Positions 22,062 to 34,835 of a stretch of 64,000 nt of DNA are shown piece after piece. The stretch's first letter is position 1; each line of letters opens with the position of its first letter. The stretch covers positions 1-64,000 of the forward strand of contig JAYWIR010000088.1 in NCBI GenBank assembly GCA_036172245.1, in the 5' to 3' direction. Both the position numbers and the translations under genes were made by a program. The notes below the pieces were generated by a model. The model was given only the letters and a program-made list of their open reading frames with translations. It had not been told where the DNA came from and did not search any database. This DNA is from Raillietiella orientalis (taxonomy: Eukaryota).

Positions 22062-25000
22062 TTTGCACCCGATTGCTCCTGGGCGTTTATTCTTTGGAAT
22101 CAAACAAACGTTGGTGGCTGACCAGTTGGTCCGTCCACGCACTGGTATACAAAATTAAGCCTGCCGAGTCACCGGTTAGTATTCGGGCACGGTCCATCAC
22201 GACAGCAGAGGAACCAAGGACAAATAAAAAAATAAAACAAAAAAAAGAAATATATAAAATCAAGATCTCGGGGGCACGGGAAGGGCTCACAGTCTGCTGT
22301 GGGGCCGTTGCATCCTCTGCAGGATGCCGGTAAGCTGTTATTGGATGTTTGAATACAGATGGGTCCAATCTGTCGCCGTCCGCATAAATTCGGCTGTGCA
22401 CTGGACGGCACCCTTATCGCGAGCTTCTCCCGTTGCTTTGCTCCATGCCGCGACGATCCCGCGAAAGCAGCACAGAGCTGCTAACGAGGACGAGGGCCGA
22501 AGGGCGTCGCAAACGAAAAGGGATCTCATTGCGTCTCTAGGGTTGCAACAGGGATTACCGACTGCCGCTGCAAAACGCTTCCAAAGGGGCGAAAGAGCCA
22601 CACAATCCAAAAGGAGCTAAGTAAGGGAATCCCGTTCTTCACATCTCGCACAATTAGGGATCACCGCTTTTCAGGTCCAATGGTGTCGGCGGGCGTTGCA
22701 GGGCAGTCTTCAATGCAGCAACAATAGCGCCGACTCGTGCCATTTTAAAGGGAGGGTGGAGATGTTCATCAGCACCGGGGACCACTTTAATTGTTCCCGC
22801 GGAACATTAAGCAGCTCGCCCCAGCGCAAAAGTCCAATAGGCGTGGCAGTCCGGGCCGCGGAATCGCAGAGAATTTTCCGTTTTCTATTCCCCGATCTTT
22901 TTCTCCGTACCGAAGATTTTGATGTAAAAATCCCATTTTGCAGCAGTGTATCTGTTCAAATGTTCCGCAAGAGGAAACTGCATTGCAGCGAGGAGAGTTA
23001 ATCTTGCCCACGTTCGTTTTTGGGGGTTCTTCAAAACCTCCCGGAGCGTCAGGCGGTCATTACGGGCGAAGAATCTTTTCTGCCCTACTTGGGTGTGTTG
23101 CTGGTTGCTCTTTGCCCACGTCTGAACAGTTTCCTGCAGCCATGCAGATCTGTTAACGGGGCGACAGCAGTGCCATCCTCCGTTCTTGCTCATCAGGTCA
23201 GCCACTCTTCGTAGCTGCAATCCGCAGTGACCGATTAGGCGGCGCCGACGGAGCGCAAGGAAGGATGACGGTCCCACCTTGCCTGTAGCCTGCTCGACGA
23301 AGAGACGTAAGGGTTCGCACCAACTTCTATTCAATATTTCGCAACTAGGGCGAGTAAGCGAAACTGGAGCTGGAGTTCCAGCCGCTCTAGCGTCGTGAAG
23401 CCGATACCGCCGTCCCGTCGAGGATCGCTCAATTCCTAAAGCCGGACTCGGGCACTCCCATTACCCCACAGGGCAATCCTTATTAGATCCATCGTCCGCT
23501 TTTTAGTCTCTGTGGTGGGGGGACAAACTAAAAGCGCAGAACGAAGAAAGGGCTCCGCAAATGCGTGTCACACCGCGGCCCGTTCCGCAAGGAAGAACCT
23601 GCGGCCTTCGAAGGGGCCGATCGCCGTCTCTACCTTTTGAAGGCAGCTGGAACACGCATCCGAAGTGAGATAATCACCCATCAATACACCAAGGTACTTG
23701 AAGTACCGTACCGTGGGGATCCCCAAACGGACCCAGTTTGGCTGCCCTGCCCGCGACACACCGATTGGCATGACGGACGACTTCGCCCTGTACACCTCAA
23801 GCCCGGTTTCCCGACTTAGTAGCTCGAAGAACTCCTCGACCGCCGATGCCGAGGTGGACACAGGGAGAAGCACCAGTAGGTCGTCCGCATATGCTGATAC
23901 TGCGGACGTACCGGGATAGTCGCGCGGCAGGTTCGCTAGAGTTTGCCTGTACGGTCTCAGTACCCACTCGAAGTAGGTACTGAAGAGCAAGGGACTCAGA
24001 CTGTCTCCCTGGCGTTCGACGCGTCGCGTCGGTACGCCGTGCACCATGTGTCGACTGAAAAAGATCTGGATGTGCGCGTCGTGCCAGCAAGTTCGCAGGT
24101 AGGTCACCAAAGAGCCCGGGAAGCACAAGGGTTCCAGGAGCTCCAGGAGGAGCCTCTGGTCGACACAGTGGAATGCTTGATCCAAATCGATTGCGACTGC
24201 GAGGGCTTCCTTCCCCCCTTACCATGCCGTTTTCTAGAGGCGGACATTCCGGAAGTCCGGTTGCCCATCCTGCCTTTTTTCTGTTAAATCGCGAAAAAGG
24301 AGCAGGCGAGGAACAGGTTTTCATCCATGCTCCACCCGGGAACAGCATATGTCTCCTCCGGGCTCATTAAGCTTTATGCTAACCGCCCCAGACGTTCAGC
24401 ATGCAATTTCGCCAGCAACTTGGGGTCCGCGTTTATCACGGTAATTGGCCGCTAGTTGCTTATTCTCCGAAGGTGTCCTCCCTTAGGGAGGAGACGCACC
24501 TTTGCCGAACGAAACGAGGCGGGGACGTCGCCCGTTTCTCGGATCAGCAAGGTGAGTTGCTTCACCAGAGAAGTGAGCTCCGCCGCAAAACATTGAAAAA
24601 GTTTCGATGGCAGCCATCCTCTCATAAAGCCTTCCGCCTCTTGAGCTTTTGGATGGCCGAGATGATCTCGCCCATCGTGAATGGCTCGTCGAGGTTCTTC
24701 CTATCTTTCTCTTCGATCGCCGCAGCGCCCTCGGGAAGAAGAAGTCGCGAGACATCCCGTTCCGCTGGAGCGGCGCGTACTGGGAGGAGTAGAATTTTTT
24801 TAATAGTCCATTTACCTGGGCGGGGGCCGAGTGCTCCGAACCCTGGTCGTCCAGTAAGCTAACAGACCTGGATTGCCAGGCCTGCCTCTCGGCTCGCTCA
24901 CAGTATTTGGCTAGCCTGCGTACGTCTGGTGTTCGCGCGTAACATCGAGATTGTAAATACAATATCTCGTTACGCAGGTTTTCACCAAACCTGGCAGGCA

Positions 25001-25689
25001 GGAGGTTCATAGGTAACTCGTCGCAAGAATTCCGGACCGAGCGCTTCAAGCGGTACCAGTGCTGAAGCGTCTGCAAGCTGAAACCTCGGATGAATTCACG
25101 GAGATGCTATGCGGCTTCCGGAAGTTTCAGTTAGTCCCCAGGTAAGCGCTACGCAGATGGCGGCGTACTCCTATCGCGTGGGCGCACCTCCAGTACGATC
25201 CGTTCATGATCCGACAGTTCCGACGGTAACTTGCCGCGCCTGCCCACGCGTGAGCATAGGTGCCGGTTAAAAAACACGTGATCTATGCTGTCGGCCATTT
25301 CCGGATCTCGCGCGAACAATTTGCGCGTGTGCTTCTTTGCGCACAGCTCGTTCACGCGGTCCCGAAGTTTGTCGGACGCACCTGACAGCAGCCGCAGGTT
25401 AAAGTCACCTGCGATTAGGTGCGCTTTGCGCACTCCCTCTTCGTCCAGATATTCGCGCCTTAGGGCAAGGAAGAAATCTCTTCTAGCTTTTGCCCTCAGC
25501 GCGTCGCTGCGACTTGGGGGGTACACGTTGGTAATGACCAGTTCGATGGAGTCGGACCTCCTGATGGTCAACTGTCCGACGCGACAGTCACTATCGAGGC
25601 GTACGCTTTTTCCCGCAGCCTCGACAGCTAGACGAAGCAGGAACGCGACACCGCAAGATTTTACGGTACCGCAACGCCACAGCAGCCGT
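22062..25689 (-). mobile_element. Family C LINE (most of ORF2 plus 3' UTR), head-to-tail with the previous copy
   Basis: 3' end AATAAACGCCCAGGA-GCAA-TCGGGTGCAAA abuts the 5' end of 16534-22056; HLIAGDFN, LSDH, RQGDSLSP, AYADD. Confidence 0.92.
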
Positions 25690-26889
25690 GCACTCGAGAT
25701 ACTGATGCTCGAAAGCGAAACCATCGACCTCTGGTATCTGGGGAAGCCGACATACTGTGGCTTCTGCAATACGTCGGGCTACCTGAAAAAGAGGTGTCCC
25801 AACGTGCAGTGCCAAGTTTGCGGCACGATGGGTCACACAAGGGAGGTGCTTTTAAAAGCAGAAGTGCGGGTGGTTTCCAAGAGAAACCTTAAAAAACGTG
25901 TCCGGCTTCTACTGAAAAGGCTGGCGGCAAAAGCTGCCGAGAAGGCTGTGCCACCCGCTCCCAAGACCAAGGCCGCACCCGAGAACCCGGCGAGCAACGC
26001 CGAAAAAGTTGAGGGAGCCGGCTAGGAGACCGGGTGGCAAGTGGCAACAGCCAAAATATCAAAGAAGGAGAGGAGGATGGAAAAGAAAATCGCCTACCAA
26101 CAGAAGAAGAAAGAGCAGGATAGTGCGATAATTAAAGAGTGCAGCGTCGTCGTCGAACGCGTCCTCGATTGCCGTCGTTGCCCAACGCTGCCAGAAAGAA
26201 CTCCCGCTACCGACACCCTTTCGTCTGTTGACTCTGTCAACAGCGAGGGGAGCGAGCCGGCGGCGGTGTCCGTCATCGACTAACCATCGATGACAAAGCC
26301 TTTGCGCGAGCAGCGGAGAAACTGGCTGTTTCGTTGCAGCCAGAACCCTGCAAGGCTGGCAAGAATGCCTTAAGGCGTCCGTCCTCCCCTCAGGAGTCCC
26401 TCACTTCTGACCTTGAGGTGGAGGCCGGAAGCGCAGCCTCCGTTTCCACGGCACCGCGCAAGGATGGACGTAAGTTTACAAAGCCGAGGAGGCTCGTCTC
26501 CCCCGTCGAAGGGGAAGAGATGGCTTCCGCAAGCAAGCGTGCCATCAGCGTGGTGAACTCGCGGGAGCCGTCGCTCGAGAGACTCCCACGCGCGGACACG
26601 GAGGGGATGGAGAGGCTGGAGGCCGAAAACGTGCTTCAGGTGCCTGAGAAAGCCGAAACTCACATAGACATCTTGCCCGCCATGCAAGAGGTGGGCTTCC
26701 CCACACCTTAATGTTTCCAGCAGTAATGCCTGGAATGTCCTCCCGCCGTGGTCTGTGCATCGCCGTTTGGAACGTGGACGGCATGACAGACGCCGGCAGG
26801 AGACCAGACATCTTCGCCCTTCTGGGAACCTACGACCTTGCGCTGCTGCAGGAGATCCACGTGATCTCTGCAGAACAAGCGCAAGAGAT
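25690..26889 (+). mobile_element. LINE fragment (family E, C-related): ORF1 C-terminal half plus APE start
   Basis: CGFCNTSGYLKKRC, CQVCGTMGH; TAATG at 26724-26728; WNVDG..LQEIHVISAEQAQEI, then interrupted. Confidence 0.88.
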
Positions 26890-28466
26890 TTCTCACCCGG
26901 TCACGCCAAGGCGTTTGTTCCATATAATATAACCAAAAAACCAATTGTACAAAATAAATTAGTTAAAAACCAAACTCTTATTCGACGAATGAACAAGAAT
27001 GACGAGAATATTGCTAACACGCAGGCCAGAGTAACAGTTTTGCGAACGGTGTGGGAGGGCGGGGAACACATACAAACCAAAGTAAAATAAAAACAATGAA
27101 TTAGGAGGACGGGATAGGGGTCTTTGGGATCGCTCTGGAAGACACGGGGATAAAAGCATGGGCACCGGAAATTTTACCGAACGAACGGGGACGGGGTATG
27201 GGTAGGCGAGAGGTAACAGGGCTAACCGGATTACGCCGTTCTCAAAGGTGTGTAAACCGGCGATGTATGCCGGTGATGTCCTGATTCACCTTGTCACGAA
27301 GATGAGACCACCTTGAAGCCTTCTCCATGAATTGAGTAGCAAGCAGGTGAGTCTCCGTTCGCTGCGCTCACAACTCCAGGGCGTAGCGGGCCTTCACGAT
27401 GGCGCGAACGCAACACATGGTTGCGACAATCGCGCCAACCGAAAGTCCATTTCTGCTGAAGAAGCGCCGCAGCACATCAATGGCAGTGCCTCATTGTGGC
27501 ATGATGGCCGAAGTGAGCCTTCGCCACAGTTCCCGGAGGTCACCGCAGTCCAGCAAAAGGTGCGGAAAAGACTCGATCTCTCCGCACCTTAAACAGTTTG
27601 GCAAAGCAGCTCCCCCGGAAACGATGCTTCGCTGCCTATTACAGTGTAATGCACAATGTAAAAAGAGCAGCACATCTTGTTTCCACTCTAGGAAGAACAC
27701 GGAGCTGTCCAAACAAACGGGGAAAACCACTATCTCTTCGGAGGGCACACTTAAATGTTCGCTCCACCGAAGCAGGCCCTTCGCCCGATTCCGAGGAGTG
27801 GCGGCTTGCTGCAGCTACTTTGTCGTCCAGCTGCCGAGGAGCTTACTGACTCCCGCTATTTTGCAGGAGAACTCCCATTCCGCTGGTAGGTAACCCTCGT
27901 TGCTTGACCTTAAAGCAGACAGCGCTGCAGCGAGTGGTGTGGCGACCAGACGATCCGACATCTTGTTGTCCTGCATTACTTTCTCCATTGGTTGACTGAG
28001 GAGAAGTCGCAGGCGTCGAAGATCTTCCGGGCGCGTTCCTTCGGAAGCTGCCCACGATGAAAAAGATTCCTGCCGCCATGCATAAATGTTCATAGGGTGG
28101 CAGCAGATCCAGCTTTGGGCTTCCAGGAGTGAGGACAGCTGCCTCAGCGGGAAGGCAAACCCTATTCTGGTGTGCCGAAAGTGAGGTAGCAACGGAAGCA
28201 GTCCCTCGCTTCCCGTGCAGTGCCTCGGTATGAGGCGTGCGGGTAAGCACTACGGCGTACACCACAGCTTGGCACAGAGCCGCAGCATGCGAAACTGCAC
28301 CTGCAGTTCGATACTGTTTAAGTGGAGGATGCCCAAGCCTGCATCCTGAAGCGGCGCCACAAAGTCTTTAAGTCTAACACGATATCTTGCAGCGCCCCAC
28401 AACGCTTTGCGTAGAAGGCGCTGCGCCCAGACCTTGACTTCCTGGGTGGGTTACAAAGAAAAAACA
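26890..28466 (-). mobile_element. LINE 3' portion (probably family B): ORF2 C-terminus plus 3' UTR
   Basis: NCLRCGEIESFPHLLLDC; FPLRQL..WRQES resembles family A but the 3' UTR differs. 3' end AAACGCCTTGG-CGTGA-CCGGGTGAGAA. The family assignment is an inference. Confidence 0.85.
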
Positions 28467-31400
28467 GGATTCATGCGAGGTTTCAGCTTGCAGACGCTTC
28501 AGGACAGGGACCGCTTCAAGCGCTCGGTCCGGAGTTTTTGCGACGAGTTCCCTATGAACCTCCTGACTGCCGTGTTTGGTGAAAGCATGCGTAACGGGAG
28601 ATGGTATTTACAATCTCGATGTTACGCGCGAACACCAGACGTACGTAGGCTAACCGAATACCGTGCGGGAGCCGAGAGGCAGGCGTGGCAATCCGGGTCG
28701 GGCAGCTAACTGGACGACCAGGGTTCGGAGCACTCAACCCTGCCCAGGAAAAAACGCATATTAAAAAAATTCTACTACTCCCTGTGCGCGCGCGCTCCAA
28801 GGGAACGGGATGTCTCGCGACTTCTTCTTCCTGAGGGTGCTCCGGTGATCGTGGAGGAAGATCGAAAGACTTTCGACGAGCCTTTCACGATGGGCGACAT
28901 CATCTCGGAAATCGGAAGACTTAAGAAGCGGAAGGCTCTAGGAGAAGACAGCCTGTCAGCTGAATTTTTTCAATGTTTCTCGGCAGAGCTCACTCCTCTG
29001 CCTAAGAAACTCACCTTGCTGATCCGGGAAATGGGCGACGTCCCCGCTTCGTTTCGTTCGGCAAAGGTGCGTCTCCTCCCTAAGGAAGGAGACCTTCGGA
29101 GCATGAGCAACTGACAACCGATTACCGTGATGAACGCAGACGCCAAGTTGCTGGCGAAATTGTAGGCTCAACGCCTGAGGCGGTTAGCGGAAAGCTTCAT
29201 TAGCCCGGAGCAGACATATGCTGTTCCCGGGAGGAGCATGGATGCCAACCTGTTACTCGCAAGCACCTTTCTCGCGTTCCAACAGGAAAGGGTAAGGATG
29301 GGCAACCGGACTTCCGTAATGTCCGCAGCTAGGAAACGGGATGGTTGGAAAGGGGAGGGAGCCCTCGCAGTCGCAATCGATTTGCATAAAGCATTCGACT
29401 GTGTCGACCAGAGACTCCTCCTGGAGCTCCTAGAACCCTTGGGCTTCCCGGTCTCTTTGGTGACCTACCTGCAAACTTACTGGCGCGACGCGCTTATCCA
29501 GATCTTTTTCAGTTGACAAACCGTGCACGGCGTACCGACGCGACGCGGCATACGCCAGGGAGACAGTCTGAGTCCCTTCCTATTCAGTACCTACTTCGAG
29601 TTGGTACTGAGAGCGTATAGAGAAACTCTAGCGCACCTGCCGCGCGACTATCCCGATACGCCCGCAGTGTCAGCATATGCGGACGACCTACTGGTGCTAC
29701 TCCCTATGTCCACCCCGACATCGGCGGTCGAGGAGTTCTTTGTCCTGCTAAGTCGGGGAACCGAGCGTGAGGTGAACAGGGCGAAGTCGTCCGTCATGCC
29801 AATCGGTGTGGCGCGTGCAGGGCAGCCGGAATGGGTCCGTTTGGGGATCCCCACAATACGCTACTTCAGGTACCTCGGTGTTTCGATGTGTGATTATCTC
29901 CCTTCGGATGCGTGGTCCAGCTGCCTTGAAAAGGTAGAGACGGCGATCTGCCCGTTCCAAGGTTGCAGGTTTTTCCTGCCCGAACGGGCCGCGGTGTGGA
30001 ACGCATTCGCCGCGCACCTCCTCGTTTCCCGGCTTTTTGTTTGTCCTCCTACCACAGAGACTAAAAAGCGGACGAAGGACCTCCTAAGGATTTCCGTGTT
30101 GAGTAATGGGAGGACCCGAGTCCGGCTTGAGGACTTGAGCGCTCCGCGTTGGGACGTCGGTCTCGGCCTCCTGACGCTAGAGCGGCTAGAACTCCAGCTC
30201 TAGTTTCTATTACTCGCCCTTGTGGCGAAATATTGGAATAGCGGTTTGTGCGAGCCCGCACGTCTCCTCGTCGAGCAGGCTACAGGCAAGGTGGGACTGT
30301 CATCCTTCCTCGCGCTAAGTCGGCGCCGCCAAGTCGGTCACTGCGGGTTGCAGCTACGCAGAGTGGCTCATCTGAAGAGGACGAACGCAGGATGGTTCTG
30401 CTGTCGCCCCGTTCACGTACCTGCATGGCTGCATGAAACGGTTCAGGCGTGGGCAGAGAGCAACCAGCAACGCACCCAAGTAGGGCAGAAACAATTCTTT
30501 GCCCGTAATGAACGCCTGACGCTCCGGGAGGTCCTGGAGAACCCACAAAAACGAGCGTGGGCAAGAAAAACTCTCCTCGCTGCAATGCTGTTTCCGCTCG
30601 CAAAACATTTGAACAGCAACACTGCTGCGAAATGGGATTTTTACATCAAAATCTCCGGTACGGAGAAAGAGATCGGGGAATGGAAAACGGGAATTCTGTG
30701 CGATACTGCGGCTTGGATTACCACCCCTAATGGACTTGTGCGCTGGGGTGAGCTTATTAATGTTCCGCGTGGATAATTGAATCGGCCCCCGGTGCTGATG
30801 AACACCTCCACCCTCCCCTTAAAATGGCAGGAGTCGGCGCTGTTGTTGCTGCATTGGGGACTTCCCTGTTCCTCCCGTCGACACCATTAAACCTGGGGAG
30901 CGGTGAGCCCTAATTGTGGGAGGTGTGGAGAACGGAAGTTCCATACTCAACTCCTTTTGGATTGTGTGGCACTTCGGAACCTTTGGAACCGTTTTGCCGC
31001 CGATATCGGTAATCCCTGTGGCAACCCTAGAGACGCAATTAGATCCCTCTTCGTTTGCGACGCCCTTCGGCCCTCGTCCTCGTTAGCAGCTCTGTGCTGC
31101 TTTCGCGGGATCGTCGCGGCATGGAGCAAAGCAACGGGAGAACTTCGCGAGAAGGGTGCCGTCCAGTGCGCAGCCGAATTTATGCGGACGGCGACAGAAT
31201 GGACCCATCTGGATTCAAACATCCAATAACAGCCTGCCGGCATGCTGAAAAGGATGTAACGGCCCCACAGCAGACTGTGATCCTTTCTTATGCAACTTAG
31301 ATCTTGATTTTGGATATTTTTTTTTTTGGTTTTATTTTTTGTTTTGTCCTTTTCCCCTCTGTTGTCGTGGTGGTCTGTACCGGAATACGAACCGGTAATC

Positions 31401-31506
31401 CGGCAGGCTTAATTCTGTATACCAGTGCGTGGCCGGGCCACCTGGGCAGCCACCAACGTTTGTTTTATTCGAAAGAATAAACGCCCCGGCGCAACCGGGT
31501 GGAAAA
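28467..31506 (+). mobile_element. Family C LINE: APE-RT linker through the 3' end
   Basis: DLHKAFD, RGIRQGDSLSP, AYADDLL, NCGRCGE..LLLDC; ends AATAAACGCCCCGG-CGCAA-CCGGGTGGAAAA. Confidence 0.93.
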
Positions 31507-31996
31507 CGAGCGAGAACGGACTGGTTTTTGTTTCGCTCTTGAGCGTTTGTGGTTTTATTCTTTTTTTTTTTTTTTTCTTGGTGTGCCAGTGGATTTGGTG
31601 GTGGCCAGGCAGCAATGCCTGGGTCCACCACTAGTGATAAGGTTGGGGCGACGTCTATTTGGCCCCTTGTATCAATGCATGTGGTAGCAACTGCCTTCAC
31701 AGAAGCGTCTCCCTCGTTAAGGAGAAGATGGAGTGCCGTGGCTGCGGCGCCAACGCAAGCGGCTGCGGCTGAGTTCAAAGCCTACCTGGAGGAGGTGTAC
31801 ATTCCTAATCTACTCCGCAAGGTAGGCAACCTTTACTCCTTTGAGAGTTCGCGCGCTTTTGTGAAAGCGATGCACTCCCTCAAAGTACCCCAGGAGGAGC
31901 TCTTAGCGATGACCATGAGGAGTGGTGCACAGTACGTTGAGGTGATTTGCAAAGTAGCAAGTCTTGCCCAGCGTCTGCTCCGTACACCTGTTCCTG
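31507..31996 (+). mobile_element. Family C 5' UTR and ORF1 start, head-to-tail with the previous copy
   Basis: Homologous to the reverse complement of ~21580-22056 (MPGSTT..RRWSAVAAAPTQAAAA..LAQRLLRTPVP). Confidence 0.88.
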
Positions 31997-32368
31997 TTGC
32001 GGGAGTTCGACCTGGCCCTGTTGTAGGAGATCCACGTGATCACCGCGGCAGACGTTAGGAGATCAAGACGATCGCGGGGGGTCGGCTGTACTGGCAATGC
32101 GGAGGCCGCAACACCTGCGGGGTCGTGTTGTATGTCAAGCCAACCATCGACGCTGCCGCGAAGTGCGTAACGTTTGATGACGACAGTCTGATCGTCCAGC
32201 TGATGTTCAGGTGGTCCGACTCGATAGGTTTGAGAGTGACATAAGTGTATGCCCCCAGCAACAGACAGGGCTACAGCGACCGTAACAGGTTGCTGGAAAC
32301 CCTGAAGCGCGACTCGATGGCAGACACGAATGTGCGAAAAGCTTAACTGCTAAGGGAAGATTTCAATC
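31997..32368 (+). pseudogene. Family D APE fragment ending at the (G)DFN codons
   Basis: Collinear with 4280-4652; ends GAAGATTTCAATC. Confidence 0.85.
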
Positions 32369-34835
32369 GAGTGTGGACGCGCTTTTTCGTCGTTTTTCTC
32401 TCTAGGCTGTCTTATTCCTAATGCTGATGTCGTGAACTTCGACGACGATGTCGTGCCAAAAGAAAGCCGCTGAAGTCGGAGGACCAGCACCAGGATCTGC
32501 AATGGCGGGAGCGACGGCCGTCTCCACTTCGCCTTGCTCGACAATGGCGAGAAGTTTTGCTGACGTTGCTGCCGCAGCAGTCGTCAAAGAGGGACCCACC
32601 GAGGAGGCAGAGATGCAGGCTTACGTAGCCCATAGCTATATCTACGCTCTTTGCTACCAGGTCAGTGGATTTCTTTCTGTTCGCGACGGTAATCAGTTCA
32701 ACGACGAATTGACCCCCATAAGCGTGCGGGAGGGAGACGTTCTCGCCATCATACCCATTAAGGGCCTTGAATATTACAATGTGCAATGCAAGGACGCGGC
32801 ACTTGTGCAACGCTTGCTGCGCACTCCTTTGTCCATCTCTGGTAAGAAGGTCTTCCCGTCTACCATGGATCAGTCGTTCGTGGCGGAGCTTTACGGCATC
32901 GAACCGGAAACTTCCGACCGCGAATTGCGTACTGTGTTAGCGAAATTCGCCACGGTCCATGCTATGTAGAAGGCTGGAAGCACCCTTAAGGACTTTTCAT
33001 CCATCGTCAGCAGTAGTGCCGCGGTTCGAATAACCATGCCGGACCGCTGGCTTCTACCCTCTAAGCTACAGGTGAACGACACGGTCGTTCACCTGTGGCA
33101 TGCAGGCAAGCCTCAAGTATGAGAGGGATGCGGCGAAGAGGGGCATTATCCACAAAAGTGCCCTTCTGGTACATGATGCTATTGCAAGCAATCCGGGCAC
33201 AACTTAAAGAATTGCCGGGACCTTGCTAGAAACAAAGGCAGCCGCAAAGCATCAGCGCGCTCAATACGTCGCGAAAAAGAGAAACATGGCAGAGGAAAAA
33301 CAGTGCGCACGGGCTAAGTCTCGTACCGATGCGAAGCGAAATGCCGGACAACAGCAGGGGTCCTCAACGTTGAAGCTCCTCGCGTCCCACTTAGCGGCAG
33401 GGAAGATGCAAAAGAAATGGCACGGGAGCTCAAAGAACGACTCCAGAGCTCGTGTCAGCGATCGCGGAACCTCGGTTTTTACCCAGGGGCCAACGAAGGC
33501 CAAGGGAAAAGAACCGCTAAACGGCGATCGCGGTCAAGTGCAAAATAAACATTCCACGACCTTGCCCCCTTCAAAACAAAAGAATCCAAATGGCCAAAAA
33601 AGGAAGGAGGCCTTCGTTTAGGAATTTGAAACCGGAAAAAATAATCGCTAGCCTCTTGGCAGCGCCCCTTCAGCGGAGAACCGCTCTCCGTGCGCGATCG
33701 GAGAGCAAGCTTCCGACTGACAGGGATGCGATCCCGTCGGAGAAGTCAACACCGGTCTCACAAGCAGCGCCGCTGACAGCCGAGGAGTTAACCTCATGGG
33801 TTTTCGCGGCGCAACAGGAAATCGCCTCCGAATACGGCGAGAGCGAGTGGACGGTGGTGGAGAGGAGCGGTAAGAAAAAAGCTCCAAAAAACACTCCACA
33901 GCATTCGTCGAAAGCGCTCCTGAAGGCGAGAAACTCTCGAGTGATGAAAAAGAGTCGCGCGAAAGTTCCTCGTGCAATATCGGGATCTGATGCTGACATC
34001 GAGCCAGCTGTAAAAACAGCCTCCGAAAAAAGCAATACCACATTACCAAAGAGCGCAAAAACGATCGCTGTCTAAAGAAAAGACAGCCGCTGCTCTTCGC
34101 GTGTCGCGAAGAGCGAGTCACGCGAACACCATACAGACTCCGCATCGGAGAAGGACCCGATTTCCGAACGTCGACTAACTCGTTCGGAAACGAAGGCGCG
34201 TCGCGTAAAAGCCGGCAGGCGGGAGATTCCCGCCGCGTAGCAGTTTGAATTCTTCCCAAAATCCGAGAAGGAGACACATAAGGTGGGCACCTCAACTGCA
34301 TGCAGCACGACGGAGGATGGTGGCGACCGTCTTCTCCCGCCGGTCGTGCTGCTCGCCATCCGCTCGCCGGATAAAGCGAGCAAAAAGCTACCGCCTTCCC
34401 AGCAGTAATGCGGGGAATCGCGTCTTCTCGTCGTCTGTCCGTCGCGTGTTGGAACATGAATGGACTGCAGAACGACGAGAAGAGAAGATTAGTAACCAAT
34501 GCCCTGCGCCCCTTCGACCTCGCGCTCCTGCAGGAGATTCACGTAATCTCCGACGAGCAGGCAGCCGAAATCGAGGAGCGCGCAGGCGGAACGCTACATT
34601 ACCGGTGCAGCGACGCCCACACATGCGGCGTAAAGTTCCTTGCAAAAGGAAAAATGGCGACAGCGGTGCGTGGTGTTCGTTTGGACGACGAATGACAGGT
34701 TGGCCAACTTGTCATCAAGTGGTCCGAATCCAACGATCTCGTCGTTACCAACATCTACGCGCCGAGTGGCTCTCGGTACCTCGAAAAAAGAGTTGCTTCC
34801 TTTAGTTAGGTGCATAGCCACTGGCTCAACAACTC
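32369..34835 (+). mobile_element. Family A LINE, 5' part (ORF1 32448-34408, APE start at 34408)
   Basis: Starts GAGTGTGGACG; RSFADVAA; decayed knuckles; TAATG; MRGIASSRRLSVACWNMNGLQ..LQEIH. Confidence 0.92.

Noticed and set aside
28460..28505. Junction at 28467 as another family C target event
   Set aside because: It lies ~30 nt before the conserved cut position and neither side is an intact terminus; more likely a deletion.
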